A stretch of DNA of 42,844 nucleotides from a virus: the IMG/VR virus record IMGVR_UViG_3300028047_000001; one strand, written 5' to 3'. The translations under genes and the position numbers were made by a program. Shown here piece after piece: positions 21,706 to 30,610 of the stretch. The notes beneath the pieces are model-generated. The model had not been told where the DNA came from. It ran no database searches and was given only the letters and a program-made list of their open reading frames with translations. Every line of letters begins with the position of its first letter. Within the stretch, counting starts at the first letter, position 1.

Positions 21706-22604
21706 GCCGCCTTGCGCATTTCAGCCAGCCAATTTCCGCTAATAACCTTCTTGCCGCCGATCGTCCCGACCAGATCAGGACGCCGCTTTTCAATGTCCTG
21801 CGCCATCGGGCCGACTGTCTTCGGGTAGGACTTCGGGTCGCCCTTGTACCGGTAGGCGTAGATATCGAGCCCAGTCTCAGGCTCCTTGCCAAGCTTCCTG
21901 ATGTCCGTCTTCATGCGGCGGTCCGAGAACAGGCCTGATATTCCACTCAGAAGGCTGCCACCCAATCCGAGCAAGTTCGAACCGCCCTGCATATTTGCAT
22001 TCGCGGAGGCGATGCCGCCTTGCAGGATTTGATTGCCGGCGGCTAGCCCGGCCGCAAGATTGGCATTGCCAGCCTCGCCCGCCGTAAGCGTTTCGATGTT
22101 GGATAGCGCGCCCTGCCGTGCCGTCTGGCCGGTAGCTGCGGCGAGACCCTGATTGTTGAGCCCGCTTAAGCCCTGCAGCCAGTTGCCATATTGCTGATTA
22201 GCCATGCCCTGGCCGTAGTCATTCAGAGCCATCGCGGCATTGCCAGAGCCAAACATGCCGGAGCCAGCAGCAGAGCGATCAAGCGCCTGGATGCCCTGCT
22301 GAGTCGCAAACTGGTAGCCTGGGCTCGCCTGAAATGCCGCCGTGGCTTGCTGGTTACCCTGAGGCCCATTGAGCCCCAGGGCATTTCCATACATCGCATT
22401 GGCGTTTGCGCCCGTCGTAGAATACGTGTTGTAATAGTCATTTCCGTAGGCTGGCTCGATATAATGCTGCAATGCATTATGCTGGCCGGTCCAGTAGTCA
22501 TTGCTGGCAATCCCGGCGCCGGTCCAGTCGGCATTGACCGCATTATTTACAGACTGATCAATCTGACCGCCACCACCGCCCAGCGCACCGCCAAGGAATG
22601 CCAT
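21702..22604 (-). CDS. Gly/Asn/Gln-rich virion protein with C-terminal S74-type intramolecular chaperone domain
   Basis: The track ORF extends to 22685, but the ATG at 22604 has GAGGGAG upstream and abuts the preceding stop. The C-terminus (SDRRMKTDIRKLGKEPETGLDIYAYRYKGD...VGPMAQDIEKRRPDLV) matches the self-cleaving S74 chaperone pattern. Confidence 0.6.
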   Translation of the reverse strand: MAFLGGALGGGGGQIDQSVNNAVNADWTGAGIASNDYWTGQHNALQHYIEPAYGNDYYNTYSTTGANANAMYGNALGLNGPQGNQQATAAFQASPGYQFATQQGIQALDRSAAGSGMFGSGNAAMALNDYGQGMANQQYGNWLQGLSGLNNQGLAAATGQTARQGALSNIETLTAGEAGNANLAAGLAAGNQILQGGIASANANMQGGSNLLGLGGSLLSGISGLFSDRRMKTDIRKLGKEPETGLDIYAYRYKGDPKSYPKTVGPMAQDIEKRRPDLVGTIGGKKVISGNWLAEMRKAA

Positions 22605-22606
22605 GA

Positions 22607-22912
22607 CTAATCTCCCTCTTCCTCGTCGTGATGATGCCAATGGCGGCCGCGATATCCGCCTCGCATCCACCGGTCGTGATCCCATCCGCGCCTATCGATG
22701 CGATCATGGTCCCAATGACGGTCCCTATGCTCGCCGCGCGGCATGACACCACGCATTACACCGCCGATGATTTCTTCCGCCGGATTGCGCTCCCACCAGC
22801 ATTGACCCCATTCATTGCATCTTTGCTCCGCAGCAGCCGGAGCGCTGGCCGCAATTATAAGAGCCGCCGGACTAACCGACGCTAGAGTTACCGCTAATAG
22901 CAACTGTTTCAT
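22607..22912 (-). CDS. Exported His/Arg/Asp/Trp-rich mini-protein
   Basis: 101 aa with a signal peptide ending AAA|EQ, then CNEWGQCWWE and HRDRHWDHDRIDRRGWDHDRWMRGGYRGRHWHHHDEEEGD. Confidence 0.55.
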   Translation of the reverse strand: MKQLLLAVTLASVSPAALIIAASAPAAAEQRCNEWGQCWWERNPAEEIIGGVMRGVMPRGEHRDRHWDHDRIDRRGWDHDRWMRGGYRGRHWHHHDEEEGD

Positions 22913-22928
22913 ATTCTCGTTTCCCTTG

Positions 22929-23315
22929 TTATCCTATTCGCCATACCAGGCTATCGCTAAAGACAGGGACGAAATTACCGCCACCGCCTACTACTACCTG
23001 ACCTATTCCTGTAGTGGTATCCACTGTCGAGTCTGTCGCCATACCCCGCGTATTTGTATTTGCCGTAGCGGCAGGTAACTGCGCCACCGTGCACGGTGCC
23101 AAGATGGCCTTCGAGAACGCCGCCGATAACGCCGTCACGGTAGCCGTGAGCGCCGTAACCGCCGTGTTCAGCGTCACCGCCGCGGTAATGACAGAATTTA
23201 CGCTTATCAGAAGTTTCGTCCAGAATTCCCGCCATACCGGCACCATCGTGTTACCAACAAATTCATTCGACTGCGGCTCCGGCAGAGGCGGGACTAGGGG
23301 ATTAATCACTGTCAT
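22929..23315 (-). CDS. Tail needle/plug-like coiled-coil protein (gp26-position)
   Basis: 128 aa. Heptad-like LLISVNSVITAAVTLNTAVTALTATVTALSAAF, followed by a small C-terminal domain. Lies immediately after the gp10-like gene. Confidence 0.4.
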   Translation of the reverse strand: MTVINPLVPPLPEPQSNEFVGNTMVPVWREFWTKLLISVNSVITAAVTLNTAVTALTATVTALSAAFSKAILAPCTVAQLPAATANTNTRGMATDSTVDTTTGIGQVVVGGGGNFVPVFSDSLVWRIG

Positions 23316-24775
23316 GCGGTCATCGCCGCGATTGGTGTTTGAGACTGCATCCTGGCGCCCACGCCCATTGTGGCGCTTAGCAATCCGACGTAGACCGGAT
23401 CAGACACCTTCAGTTTCCATACCCTGCCATAGCGGCTTGTTTGGCCGGTCTGCAACACAGCCACTACCTGTCCGTTCTTACCGCCGCGGCCAAGAGCGCG
23501 CTGGATTGGCATTTTAAACGTTGCCCCGCCATCTTCCGACCAGGAAATATCCACAATGGGGTCCGTCGATGTCTGGCTCAGACCATCCGATCTGCCGGTG
23601 CCGGTGATAAAATTAAAATCGGCTCGCGGCACAACCATTCTGGAAGGGAACTGAATAACAGGAAGAGACGTCAGCTCCCATTGAAGTGCACTGCCATATT
23701 CGGAAAATGCCTCCCCGTCGATTACGCCGATATTGCCGGTTGCAAAATCTCCCACAATCCACATACCGAAGGCGTAAATTGACTGTTCGATCCTGGAGAA
23801 TGATTGTTGATATGACGTCCGCTCCTGCCATGTCGCAGTAATGAGATCGAAGGTGAACGTGAAATCTGCACTCGATAGTTGCCAGAACGCATGTCCGTCA
23901 TTCATATAGACATTCGCTCGCAGTGTCGTTTTGTCATCCACTTCCTGAATGCGCCGTTCAATATCATTCGTCGATATCCTGTATGGCTGATATCCTTGCA
24001 TCATGTACACAACTGAATCGGAACCGACCCAAATCAGACTTGAGGTAAAATTGCTTTCATAGCCGGCGATCGCCTGGGCATTGATCAGGCCTCGTGGGAT
24101 CACCGCTGAGCGAGAGAACGGAAAGCCTAGCGGGTTCGCTGTATCTGTCCACGCTTCGCACCGTGACGGGGTGAAAAGGAATAAAGTTTGTGCGAACCAT
24201 ACGCCCCGAACAAGCCCATCTGATGCCGAATTGACCGTGATTTGATTCAACAGATTGATAGACGTTCCATTCAAGGCACTTGCTATGCATTGCCCATTTC
24301 CATATGTGAAGAAGAAGTAGCCGTCCCCGAATGTGACGGAGTTTGGAAACCCGATATTCCCATCCGGGTATGGCGTCGGAGTTCCTGACGTGTGAAGCGT
24401 AAAGGCGCCATTCTCCGTCACCGCGACGATGTCAGGCGTAGGCGATTTGTTATTCACCGCGACACTGACGATTTTACTGCCATCTAAATGGCCAAGGGCG
24501 GTCATTGTTACAACTCCGCCAGCGGCAGTAAGGGCTTCCACGAAGCCATTGAATATCACAAGTACGGTCCCAGGATTGGCGAGCACAAATCCCCGGCAAT
24601 GAATAGATCCAGACGCACTCGCCGCATATGAGGATACTCCTGGAGCGCGTTTATATACTGTGGTTTCACCTGCCCCTGTCGGCTCCATAATTACATTCTT
24701 AAGTGTGCCAATACCAGCCCGCTGCGGCTGGTCCTTAGTTGGCACCTTTGGCCACGGAATAGTAACTTGTGGCAT
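23312..24775 (-). CDS. gp10-like tail hub / packaged-DNA stabilisation protein
   Basis: 487-aa beta-rich protein immediately after the gp4-like domain. The size and position match P22 gp10. The N-terminus (PWPKVPTKDQPQRAGIGTLKNVIMEP) resembles that family. Confidence 0.45.
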   Translation of the reverse strand: MPQVTIPWPKVPTKDQPQRAGIGTLKNVIMEPTGAGETTVYKRAPGVSSYAASASGSIHCRGFVLANPGTVLVIFNGFVEALTAAGGVVTMTALGHLDGSKIVSVAVNNKSPTPDIVAVTENGAFTLHTSGTPTPYPDGNIGFPNSVTFGDGYFFFTYGNGQCIASALNGTSINLLNQITVNSASDGLVRGVWFAQTLFLFTPSRCEAWTDTANPLGFPFSRSAVIPRGLINAQAIAGYESNFTSSLIWVGSDSVVYMMQGYQPYRISTNDIERRIQEVDDKTTLRANVYMNDGHAFWQLSSADFTFTFDLITATWQERTSYQQSFSRIEQSIYAFGMWIVGDFATGNIGVIDGEAFSEYGSALQWELTSLPVIQFPSRMVVPRADFNFITGTGRSDGLSQTSTDPIVDISWSEDGGATFKMPIQRALGRGGKNGQVVAVLQTGQTSRYGRVWKLKVSDPVYVGLLSATMGVGARMQSQTPIAAMTA

Positions 24776-27700
24776 TTACCAGTATCTCCGGCCGTATGGA
24801 TTTCTGGAAAACAACTCTACCCGCATGGTCTGCCGCGGCGTGCGCAATCTCACGATATCCTTGAGTGTTCCCTCGGCCTCGCCTCCCATGCCGCCCTTTG
24901 CCTGCAAGGTTTGCAGCTTGGCCGGGTCAACGATGGTGAATGCGCTCGCGCACTCGTAAGCCATGATCTTGACCAGCGGCAGGAATTGCGCGTTTGAGAT
25001 ATTATCCGCGTCGATATGGGCTACATCCCGTTCATTCAGCTCCTCCAGCTTCGGGAACAGGCGGCCAATGATCGTCATCGCGTCTTCCGAGGCGACCGGC
25101 TGGCCGCTCTCTAGCACGCCTAGATCCTGGAGCACCGCTACTGCCAAATCGCCAAGCTGCGGGGTATTCGGCCCGAAGACAAAACTCGCGTTCAAGTTGA
25201 TCAGCCTGGTAGATCCCGATGGCGGGACCGGCGGCACGGGCACTGGTAGGCCTGGCGGAAGCCGTAATGGTATCACAGTTTCGTCAAGAGATACAAATTT
25301 GTAGCGCCTCGGCCTGATGTTGTCGGTGTCGGCCCAGCCATAGTTGAGCGATGGCTGGGAAGGCAACCCGAGCGCGCTAAACAGATCATCGTTAGCGAAC
25401 CGGCTAAACCACCGGCTATAGCGCTTAGGCGCGGGCGCTGTGTCTTCCTGCGTCAGCCAACCCATGCTTGGGGCAACGGCCGCGACCGGCTGATTGAACG
25501 ACAACTCGTCGAACGGCCGATATCTCCGGCGCAGCGGCCTCGTTTCATCCCATGTCTGCCAGCCAAACGGCAGGGGCGGAAGATTGAACGGGCTAGGCGC
25601 CTGTACCGTCTCGTCCAGACGTACAAAGCGCCGTTTTCTTGGCGCCGTCTCGTCATCGGTTAGCCAGAACGTAGACGGCGTTGGCACTAGCGGCGGCAGG
25701 AAGGCCGAGCTAAGAACAAGTGCGGTCTCATCGAGGCTGATAAACCGCTTCCGGCGCGGGGCGGTCTCGTCGTCCGTAAGCCACATCGTAGACGGCGTGG
25801 CCGCTGGTGCGGTTGGCACGACCGTTAGAATCGCCTCGTCAAGCCGCTGATAGCGCCGCTTTCTGGGCGCGGTATCGTCCCATGTCTGCCAGCCCAGGGC
25901 TGGCAATGGCACAAGCGGCACGAGCGGCTGTAATGCGTCGAGGTCCAGTTGCTGGTACCGGCGCTTACGCGGGGCAGTGTCGTCGGCCGTCATCCATCCG
26001 GAATTCGGCACCGCGCCGATCGGGGAATAAGTGAGAACGATTATGCCGTTGGCGCCCAGACCCGTGCCGGAGGTAAACCTGCCGCCCGCCGCGCCGCCAT
26101 AGAGACCGCCGGCACCCCCAGCCTGGGCTACAGACTGCGCCTTACCGCCGCCGCCACCAGACCCCGCAGTTGCCCCACCTGGGTTGGATGTCCACTCGGC
26201 ACCATTGCCGCCGGCTCCTGGAGGATTGCCGCCTGCTCCGCCCGCACCGCCAAAACCGGCATCGCCGCTCGCGCCTGCTATTCCCGACGAGGAATTACCC
26301 GCTCCATTGGGCCCGGCGGCACCGCCGCCGCCATGCCCTACGCCGCCTGTACCGCCTGCAAAGACCGTAGAGCCGACGCAATTCGTCGTGACGCTGGCGA
26401 TGCCAGCCGCGACGATCGTGGAGGCATTTGTGCCCCACGTATTGGCCGTCGGGCCCGTACCAGCGCCAACAGAGCCGCCATGAAGGCCAATTTGATAGGT
26501 GAATGTCGCCGGCAGGACGTAATTGACGATCTTGGCGTAACAGCCTGCGGTTGCCCCGGTAGTGCCAGAGCTATCTCCGCCGGCGCCTATTGCCTCGATC
26601 GTGTTGTTCGCATCGTTCCAATCGCCAGGACGGTTAAATGACGTCCCGGAGGTGAGAAAGATAACAATCTGGGTGATTGGCGGCAGGCCGAGCGTGCTAA
26701 TGACGTGGGCCGTCTCGTCCAACTGGCGATATTTGCGCTTTGGTTGGGTATGGTTGTCCGAGGCATTCCAGTACAAGCTCGGCGTGCCAACGATCGCCGG
26801 CAAACCTATGGCGTTAGGCGCCTGTGTTGTCTCGTCGAGAGACCTCGATTTCTTCTTTGGCTGAGTTGGGTTATCGGACGCGTTCCAGCCAAAATTTGGA
26901 GCCGGAGTGGAACTGAATACGTCCGTTAAATGAACGCCAGCCGTGTCGGTTAGCGGAAAACCTAGCGTATCGGTTAAATCATGGGCCCCGATGGGGCCGC
27001 CTGCGACCGTCCTTAGCGGCTGTGCGGTTTCATCAAGCGGGCGATATTTCCTTATAATTCTCGGTGTTTCGTCACGGGTTAGCCATCCTGAAGGAGGCGC
27101 CGGAAGGCCTATCCGGCTCGGCACCAGAATAGTCTCGTCCAGGCTTTGATATTTCTTGCGCCTTGGCGGCGTTTCGTCCTGTGTTATCCACCCCGAGGCC
27201 GGGACTGGAACCGACGGGGGCAGCGCGGCATAGACAGTTTCATCAAGCGGGCGATATTTGCGTCTAATTGGTCCCGTATCCTCCCAGACATACCAACCGA
27301 AGTTTGGATCGATTCTCGGCGGAATAGCGCCATTGTCCGAAGGCGTCAGAATTACATACCGGCGCTTTCTTGGCGCCGTCTCGTCCTGGGTAATCCATCC
27401 AATATTCGGCAGCGGGATGATTTTCGGGGGCGTAAATGCCGCTTCGTCCCGCCGCGCGATACGGCGGCGGGCCCATGATGGACTATCGTTAGCATTCCAT
27501 CCGAAATTGTTCGTTGAGAGCGGCGTATAGGTAATGACGATAATGCCGCCGCCGCCGGCAGTTGCGCCGCCGCCGCCGCCACCGTATTGGCCGCCGGCCG
27601 CGCCATTACCACCACCGCCGCCGGAACCGGCATGGGTACCGCCTGGATTCGATGTCCATTCGGTGCCATTTCCGCCCGCAACGCCATTAGCGCCGCCTGC

Positions 27701-28123
27701 GCCGCCGAAGCCAGCGTCTCCATTGCCGCCGGAGAATCCGCTTGCCGAGGCACCGGCTCCGTTCGGACCGCCCGCGCCGCCGCCGCTGCCTGAACCCTGC
27801 CCGCCGCCGGCAAATTTGGTTGTGCCAACGCAATTGGTTGTTACGGTGTCAGCGCCAGCCGCGACGAGTGTCGAGGCGTCTTTAAGCCACGTATTCGACG
27901 TTGGCGCAGTACCTGAGCCCGTCGTGCCGCCATGCACACCGATCTGATAAGATACGGTCGCGGCCATGGTAAAGTTGGAAATGCTGGCGAAGCAGCCGCC
28001 TTTACCGGTACCGCCGCCATCAGCGGCAGCGCCGATCGCCTCAATTTTATTGGCTGCGTTGTTCCAGTCGGCCGGACGCGTGTAACTCGTGCCACTGGTA
28101 AGAAAAACAACTGTGTCGGCCAT
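24776..28123 (-). CDS. 1115-aa repeat protein: two [Gly-rich domain + 7 W-x-DET-PRKRRY units] modules fused to a gp4-like head-to-tail adaptor domain
   Basis: aa 1-200 and 485-700 are paralogous glycine-rich domains (VFLTSGTS..RP.DWN.AN.IEAIGA...GGGG...IIV.TY.P). Fourteen short units begin at W209, 243, 277, 312, 347, 413, 452, 710, 745, 781, 820, 855, 889 and 930. aa ~975-1115 (LGDLAVAVLQDLGV...SEDAMTIIGRLFPKLEEL) parallel P22 gp4 (GDLVRAALRKLGV...MQDAVDDLEAMMAEW). Confidence 0.55.
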   Translation of the reverse strand: MADTVVFLTSGTSYTRPADWNNAANKIEAIGAAADGGGTGKGGCFASISNFTMAATVSYQIGVHGGTTGSGTAPTSNTWLKDASTLVAAGADTVTTNCVGTTKFAGGGQGSGSGGGAGGPNGAGASASGFSGGNGDAGFGGAGGANGVAGGNGTEWTSNPGGTHAGSGGGGGNGAAGGQYGGGGGGATAGGGGIIVITYTPLSTNNFGWNANDSPSWARRRIARRDEAAFTPPKIIPLPNIGWITQDETAPRKRRYVILTPSDNGAIPPRIDPNFGWYVWEDTGPIRRKYRPLDETVYAALPPSVPVPASGWITQDETPPRRKKYQSLDETILVPSRIGLPAPPSGWLTRDETPRIIRKYRPLDETAQPLRTVAGGPIGAHDLTDTLGFPLTDTAGVHLTDVFSSTPAPNFGWNASDNPTQPKKKSRSLDETTQAPNAIGLPAIVGTPSLYWNASDNHTQPKRKYRQLDETAHVISTLGLPPITQIVIFLTSGTSFNRPGDWNDANNTIEAIGAGGDSSGTTGATAGCYAKIVNYVLPATFTYQIGLHGGSVGAGTGPTANTWGTNASTIVAAGIASVTTNCVGSTVFAGGTGGVGHGGGGAAGPNGAGNSSSGIAGASGDAGFGGAGGAGGNPPGAGGNGAEWTSNPGGATAGSGGGGGKAQSVAQAGGAGGLYGGAAGGRFTSGTGLGANGIIVLTYSPIGAVPNSGWMTADDTAPRKRRYQQLDLDALQPLVPLVPLPALGWQTWDDTAPRKRRYQRLDEAILTVVPTAPAATPSTMWLTDDETAPRRKRFISLDETALVLSSAFLPPLVPTPSTFWLTDDETAPRKRRFVRLDETVQAPSPFNLPPLPFGWQTWDETRPLRRRYRPFDELSFNQPVAAVAPSMGWLTQEDTAPAPKRYSRWFSRFANDDLFSALGLPSQPSLNYGWADTDNIRPRRYKFVSLDETVIPLRLPPGLPVPVPPVPPSGSTRLINLNASFVFGPNTPQLGDLAVAVLQDLGVLESGQPVASEDAMTIIGRLFPKLEELNERDVAHIDADNISNAQFLPLVKIMAYECASAFTIVDPAKLQTLQAKGGMGGEAEGTLKDIVRLRTPRQTMRVELFSRNPYGRRYW

Positions 28124-28145
28124 TCAGGCAACTCCAATGGCCGAC

Positions 28146-28904
28146 TTATAGCTCTCCGGCGGTAACTTGGGCGTCAAACGGCGTGCATGTGTTCGTTCCA
28201 TCTGAGCCAAATGAGGCGTCAAGCCAGCGGGCGGCGCTCAGAGTGAGGCCGCTAATCACGCCAGTAATGGCAAACGGATGGGGCGCGAACGAGCTATCCA
28301 TCGTAATTGTCATAGTCGAGCCGATCGCGGTTCCCGTCAGAGCCGCGCCATTAACCGGCGCGGTGCCTGTTCCATGTCTGATTCTAAATACACATTGTCC
28401 GCCAACCGCGGTGTTTTGCACTGAGCCATAAATGGTCACCATTACAGTGCCGGTATTCGTTGGCGTGATGGATCCGGCAAGCCCCATCATAACTGGCGTG
28501 GCTGAGGTTGTTGCTCCTGGCGCGCTAACCGACGTCATCGAGGATGCGGGCGTTTTATAGGTCACGCTTTGAGTGGGCCACGATCCGCCGATCGTTATTC
28601 CGTTACCGGCGGTAATCCCCACGCCGGTCCATGTGACATTTGCGCCTTGGATAGTGAAACCAGAGCCCGCTGCCCCCGATGTCAGCGTGCCAACGCCAAC
28701 TAGGTTCGGTAAGGACGTAATGGAGGTCGTGATGCCCGCGAAGGAGCACTGCCGATTCAGCGTGCCAGGCGTCGGCTCGCAATACCATGTCTCAGTGCCA
28801 ACATAAGGCGTCGTGGCCGGTGAATAATTCGTCGGTGGATTTTGGGCGCACGCATGCGAAATAGCGCCAAAGAGCACCGCCACTGATAATATGAGCTTTC
28901 TCAT
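28146..28904 (-). CDS. Exported beta-rich protein of unknown function
   Basis: 252 aa with a signal peptide (MRKLILSVAVLFGAISHACA|QN) and Thr/Gly/Ser-rich beta-type sequence. Coupled to the upstream tailspike gene (overlap 28901-28904). Confidence 0.55.
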   Translation of the reverse strand: MRKLILSVAVLFGAISHACAQNPPTNYSPATTPYVGTETWYCEPTPGTLNRQCSFAGITTSITSLPNLVGVGTLTSGAAGSGFTIQGANVTWTGVGITAGNGITIGGSWPTQSVTYKTPASSMTSVSAPGATTSATPVMMGLAGSITPTNTGTVMVTIYGSVQNTAVGGQCVFRIRHGTGTAPVNGAALTGTAIGSTMTITMDSSFAPHPFAITGVISGLTLSAARWLDASFGSDGTNTCTPFDAQVTAGEL

Positions 28905-30604
28905 GTGCCTCCCACGGATTGTAGCGCCGCCTTATCAAGCAGGCCATATGTCACATTTTCCCATGCGAGGGTGATATAAAAATCGCGATATTTCCCAGGC
29001 GCAATTGTCGTTAAACCGTTGAGCGTCCATCCGGCATTGGTGGTGAGTGTCCATATCCCGGAACCGCTCCCAGCGCCATTTATTACCCTGAGTTTATACG
29101 ACTGCCCCCTCGCTGGATATGTGTTCGCTCCCATCGCGGTAATAAGTTGAGCGGCGGTCGGCAATTGTGCATTTGAGGCCGCGGTGATCGCCCCTGTCAA
29201 CTCCAGGGTATGCTCATGCAATGCAGTGCCAAATATGTCCGCGGCGGCCAATACCGTCGAGGCGGACGTCGATGCGTTTGCCGAATAGTCCTGATACGGC
29301 AGCATCGGGCCAACCAGACAGATGCCGTTGCCGAGCGCGTCTGTCTTTACACCGAGAGCGGTTGGAACATTCCCGTTGTAAGGAATAACTGAAACGGATG
29401 CTCCAGAGACACCAAGCGAAACAAACAATCCGATGATATTCACTACATGCGTGTTGGAGTCGAACGTGCGTTGATTGACGAATATTGCAGCCGCATTGTT
29501 TTGATTGATAGAGAGAGCAATCAACTCACATCCAATCAGCGTCGCCTCAGTGTTGACGAACTCCCATAGTCCCTGCAATGGCGTGGTTCCAGTCACCGTA
29601 GGGAATTCCGACTTGGATGCGATAATCGTCACATTGGTTCCAGCAATCGATAATTGCGGGAAGTTAGAATATGTCCCTCCGTTGAATTCATGTCCGATTA
29701 TCAGCATGTTATCGGCCGCGCCGACTAGTATGTCCGGCTCGGTGGCTAAATCGCATCTTGCATAATTGTCTCGCAGAATGATATTAGGCTGGCCAGGCAT
29801 TGATATACAATTCAAGTATAAGAATGCGCCACTAACACTCTGGCTTTTCGTGCACTTGTTGATTGTGATACCCCACACTGGGATAGATGTCGCCAGTGGA
29901 TTACACGCGATACAGCGGAAGCCTCTATCGAAATGACAATGGTCTATCGTAATGTTCCAACATGAGGCGTTGAAATATAGAGCTACTGCGTTAGTATTTG
30001 TGGCTGGCTGGTTCGTACTCCAGCGGAAAAAGATTCTATAGAAATTAAATCCCCATATGCCCTGTGTGAAAATGAAAATCTGAGTGTTGTTTGTCACCTG
30101 CTCCAATATTACACCGCCAAGACCGATCTCAGCGCTCTCACCAGCCCCTTCTATCGTCCAACCGTATCCTGTCCCGACCGTCAGCGCGGAAGTTAGTAAA
30201 TACGTTCCTGCCGGAATGAACCCATGGGCACCATTTGCCACGACATAATTGACGAATTTCTGGAGCGCAGGCGTATCGTCAGTCACGCCATTGCCGGTGG
30301 CGTTGAACCATCCGGCGTTCACTATGTCGTTTAGAACAAGCTGAAACCACCTCCCGCTGGCATCCTGGATTGCCATAGGACCAGCCGACGTGGCGCCTTG
30401 GCTGGTGTATAGCGCCCCGGCGCCATTATCTCCTGGCACCACGGAGCCAGACATAAACAGCGTAATTGCGCCGAGGGTCAGCGTGGGGATTTGCGCTCTT
30501 GTGACTGTCCCCACGGTCGCCGCCGATTTCCCGTACAAATCCGCGAGGTTCGTTTGGATCGCATCAAACGAATAAGAGTGCTCGGTGATTGGCAGCTCCG
30601 CCAT
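28901..30604 (-). CDS. Tailspike, pectate-lyase-fold (right-handed beta-helix) depolymerase
   Basis: 567 aa. NAGWFNATGNGVTDDTPALQKFVNYVVANGAHGFIPAGTYLLTSAL is the Pectate_lyase_3-type N-cap motif. Its N-terminal ~25 aa are shared with the neighbouring spike. Confidence 0.7.
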   Translation of the reverse strand: MAELPITEHSYSFDAIQTNLADLYGKSAATVGTVTRAQIPTLTLGAITLFMSGSVVPGDNGAGALYTSQGATSAGPMAIQDASGRWFQLVLNDIVNAGWFNATGNGVTDDTPALQKFVNYVVANGAHGFIPAGTYLLTSALTVGTGYGWTIEGAGESAEIGLGGVILEQVTNNTQIFIFTQGIWGFNFYRIFFRWSTNQPATNTNAVALYFNASCWNITIDHCHFDRGFRCIACNPLATSIPVWGITINKCTKSQSVSGAFLYLNCISMPGQPNIILRDNYARCDLATEPDILVGAADNMLIIGHEFNGGTYSNFPQLSIAGTNVTIIASKSEFPTVTGTTPLQGLWEFVNTEATLIGCELIALSINQNNAAAIFVNQRTFDSNTHVVNIIGLFVSLGVSGASVSVIPYNGNVPTALGVKTDALGNGICLVGPMLPYQDYSANASTSASTVLAAADIFGTALHEHTLELTGAITAASNAQLPTAAQLITAMGANTYPARGQSYKLRVINGAGSGSGIWTLTTNAGWTLNGLTTIAPGKYRDFYITLAWENVTYGLLDKAALQSVGGT

Positions 30605-30610
30605 AGCCGC

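Noticed and set aside
25949-27947. Long + strand ORFs antisense to the 1115-aa gene (for example 25949..26641 at 230 aa, and 27534..27947, a poly-Pro 137-aa ORF)
   Set aside because: They lie opposite GGN-rich glycine codons, which give stop-free CCN/GCN frames on the other strand. Their products are Pro/Ala/Arg low-complexity with no start context, and the - strand reading has clear domain structure.
24776-28123. The two paralogous Gly-rich segments as a DGR template/variable repeat pair
   Set aside because: No reverse transcriptase ORF (no YxDD-type motif) exists anywhere in the genome. The two copies differ at all base types rather than at adenines only, and the whole ~1.45-kb module is duplicated in frame.
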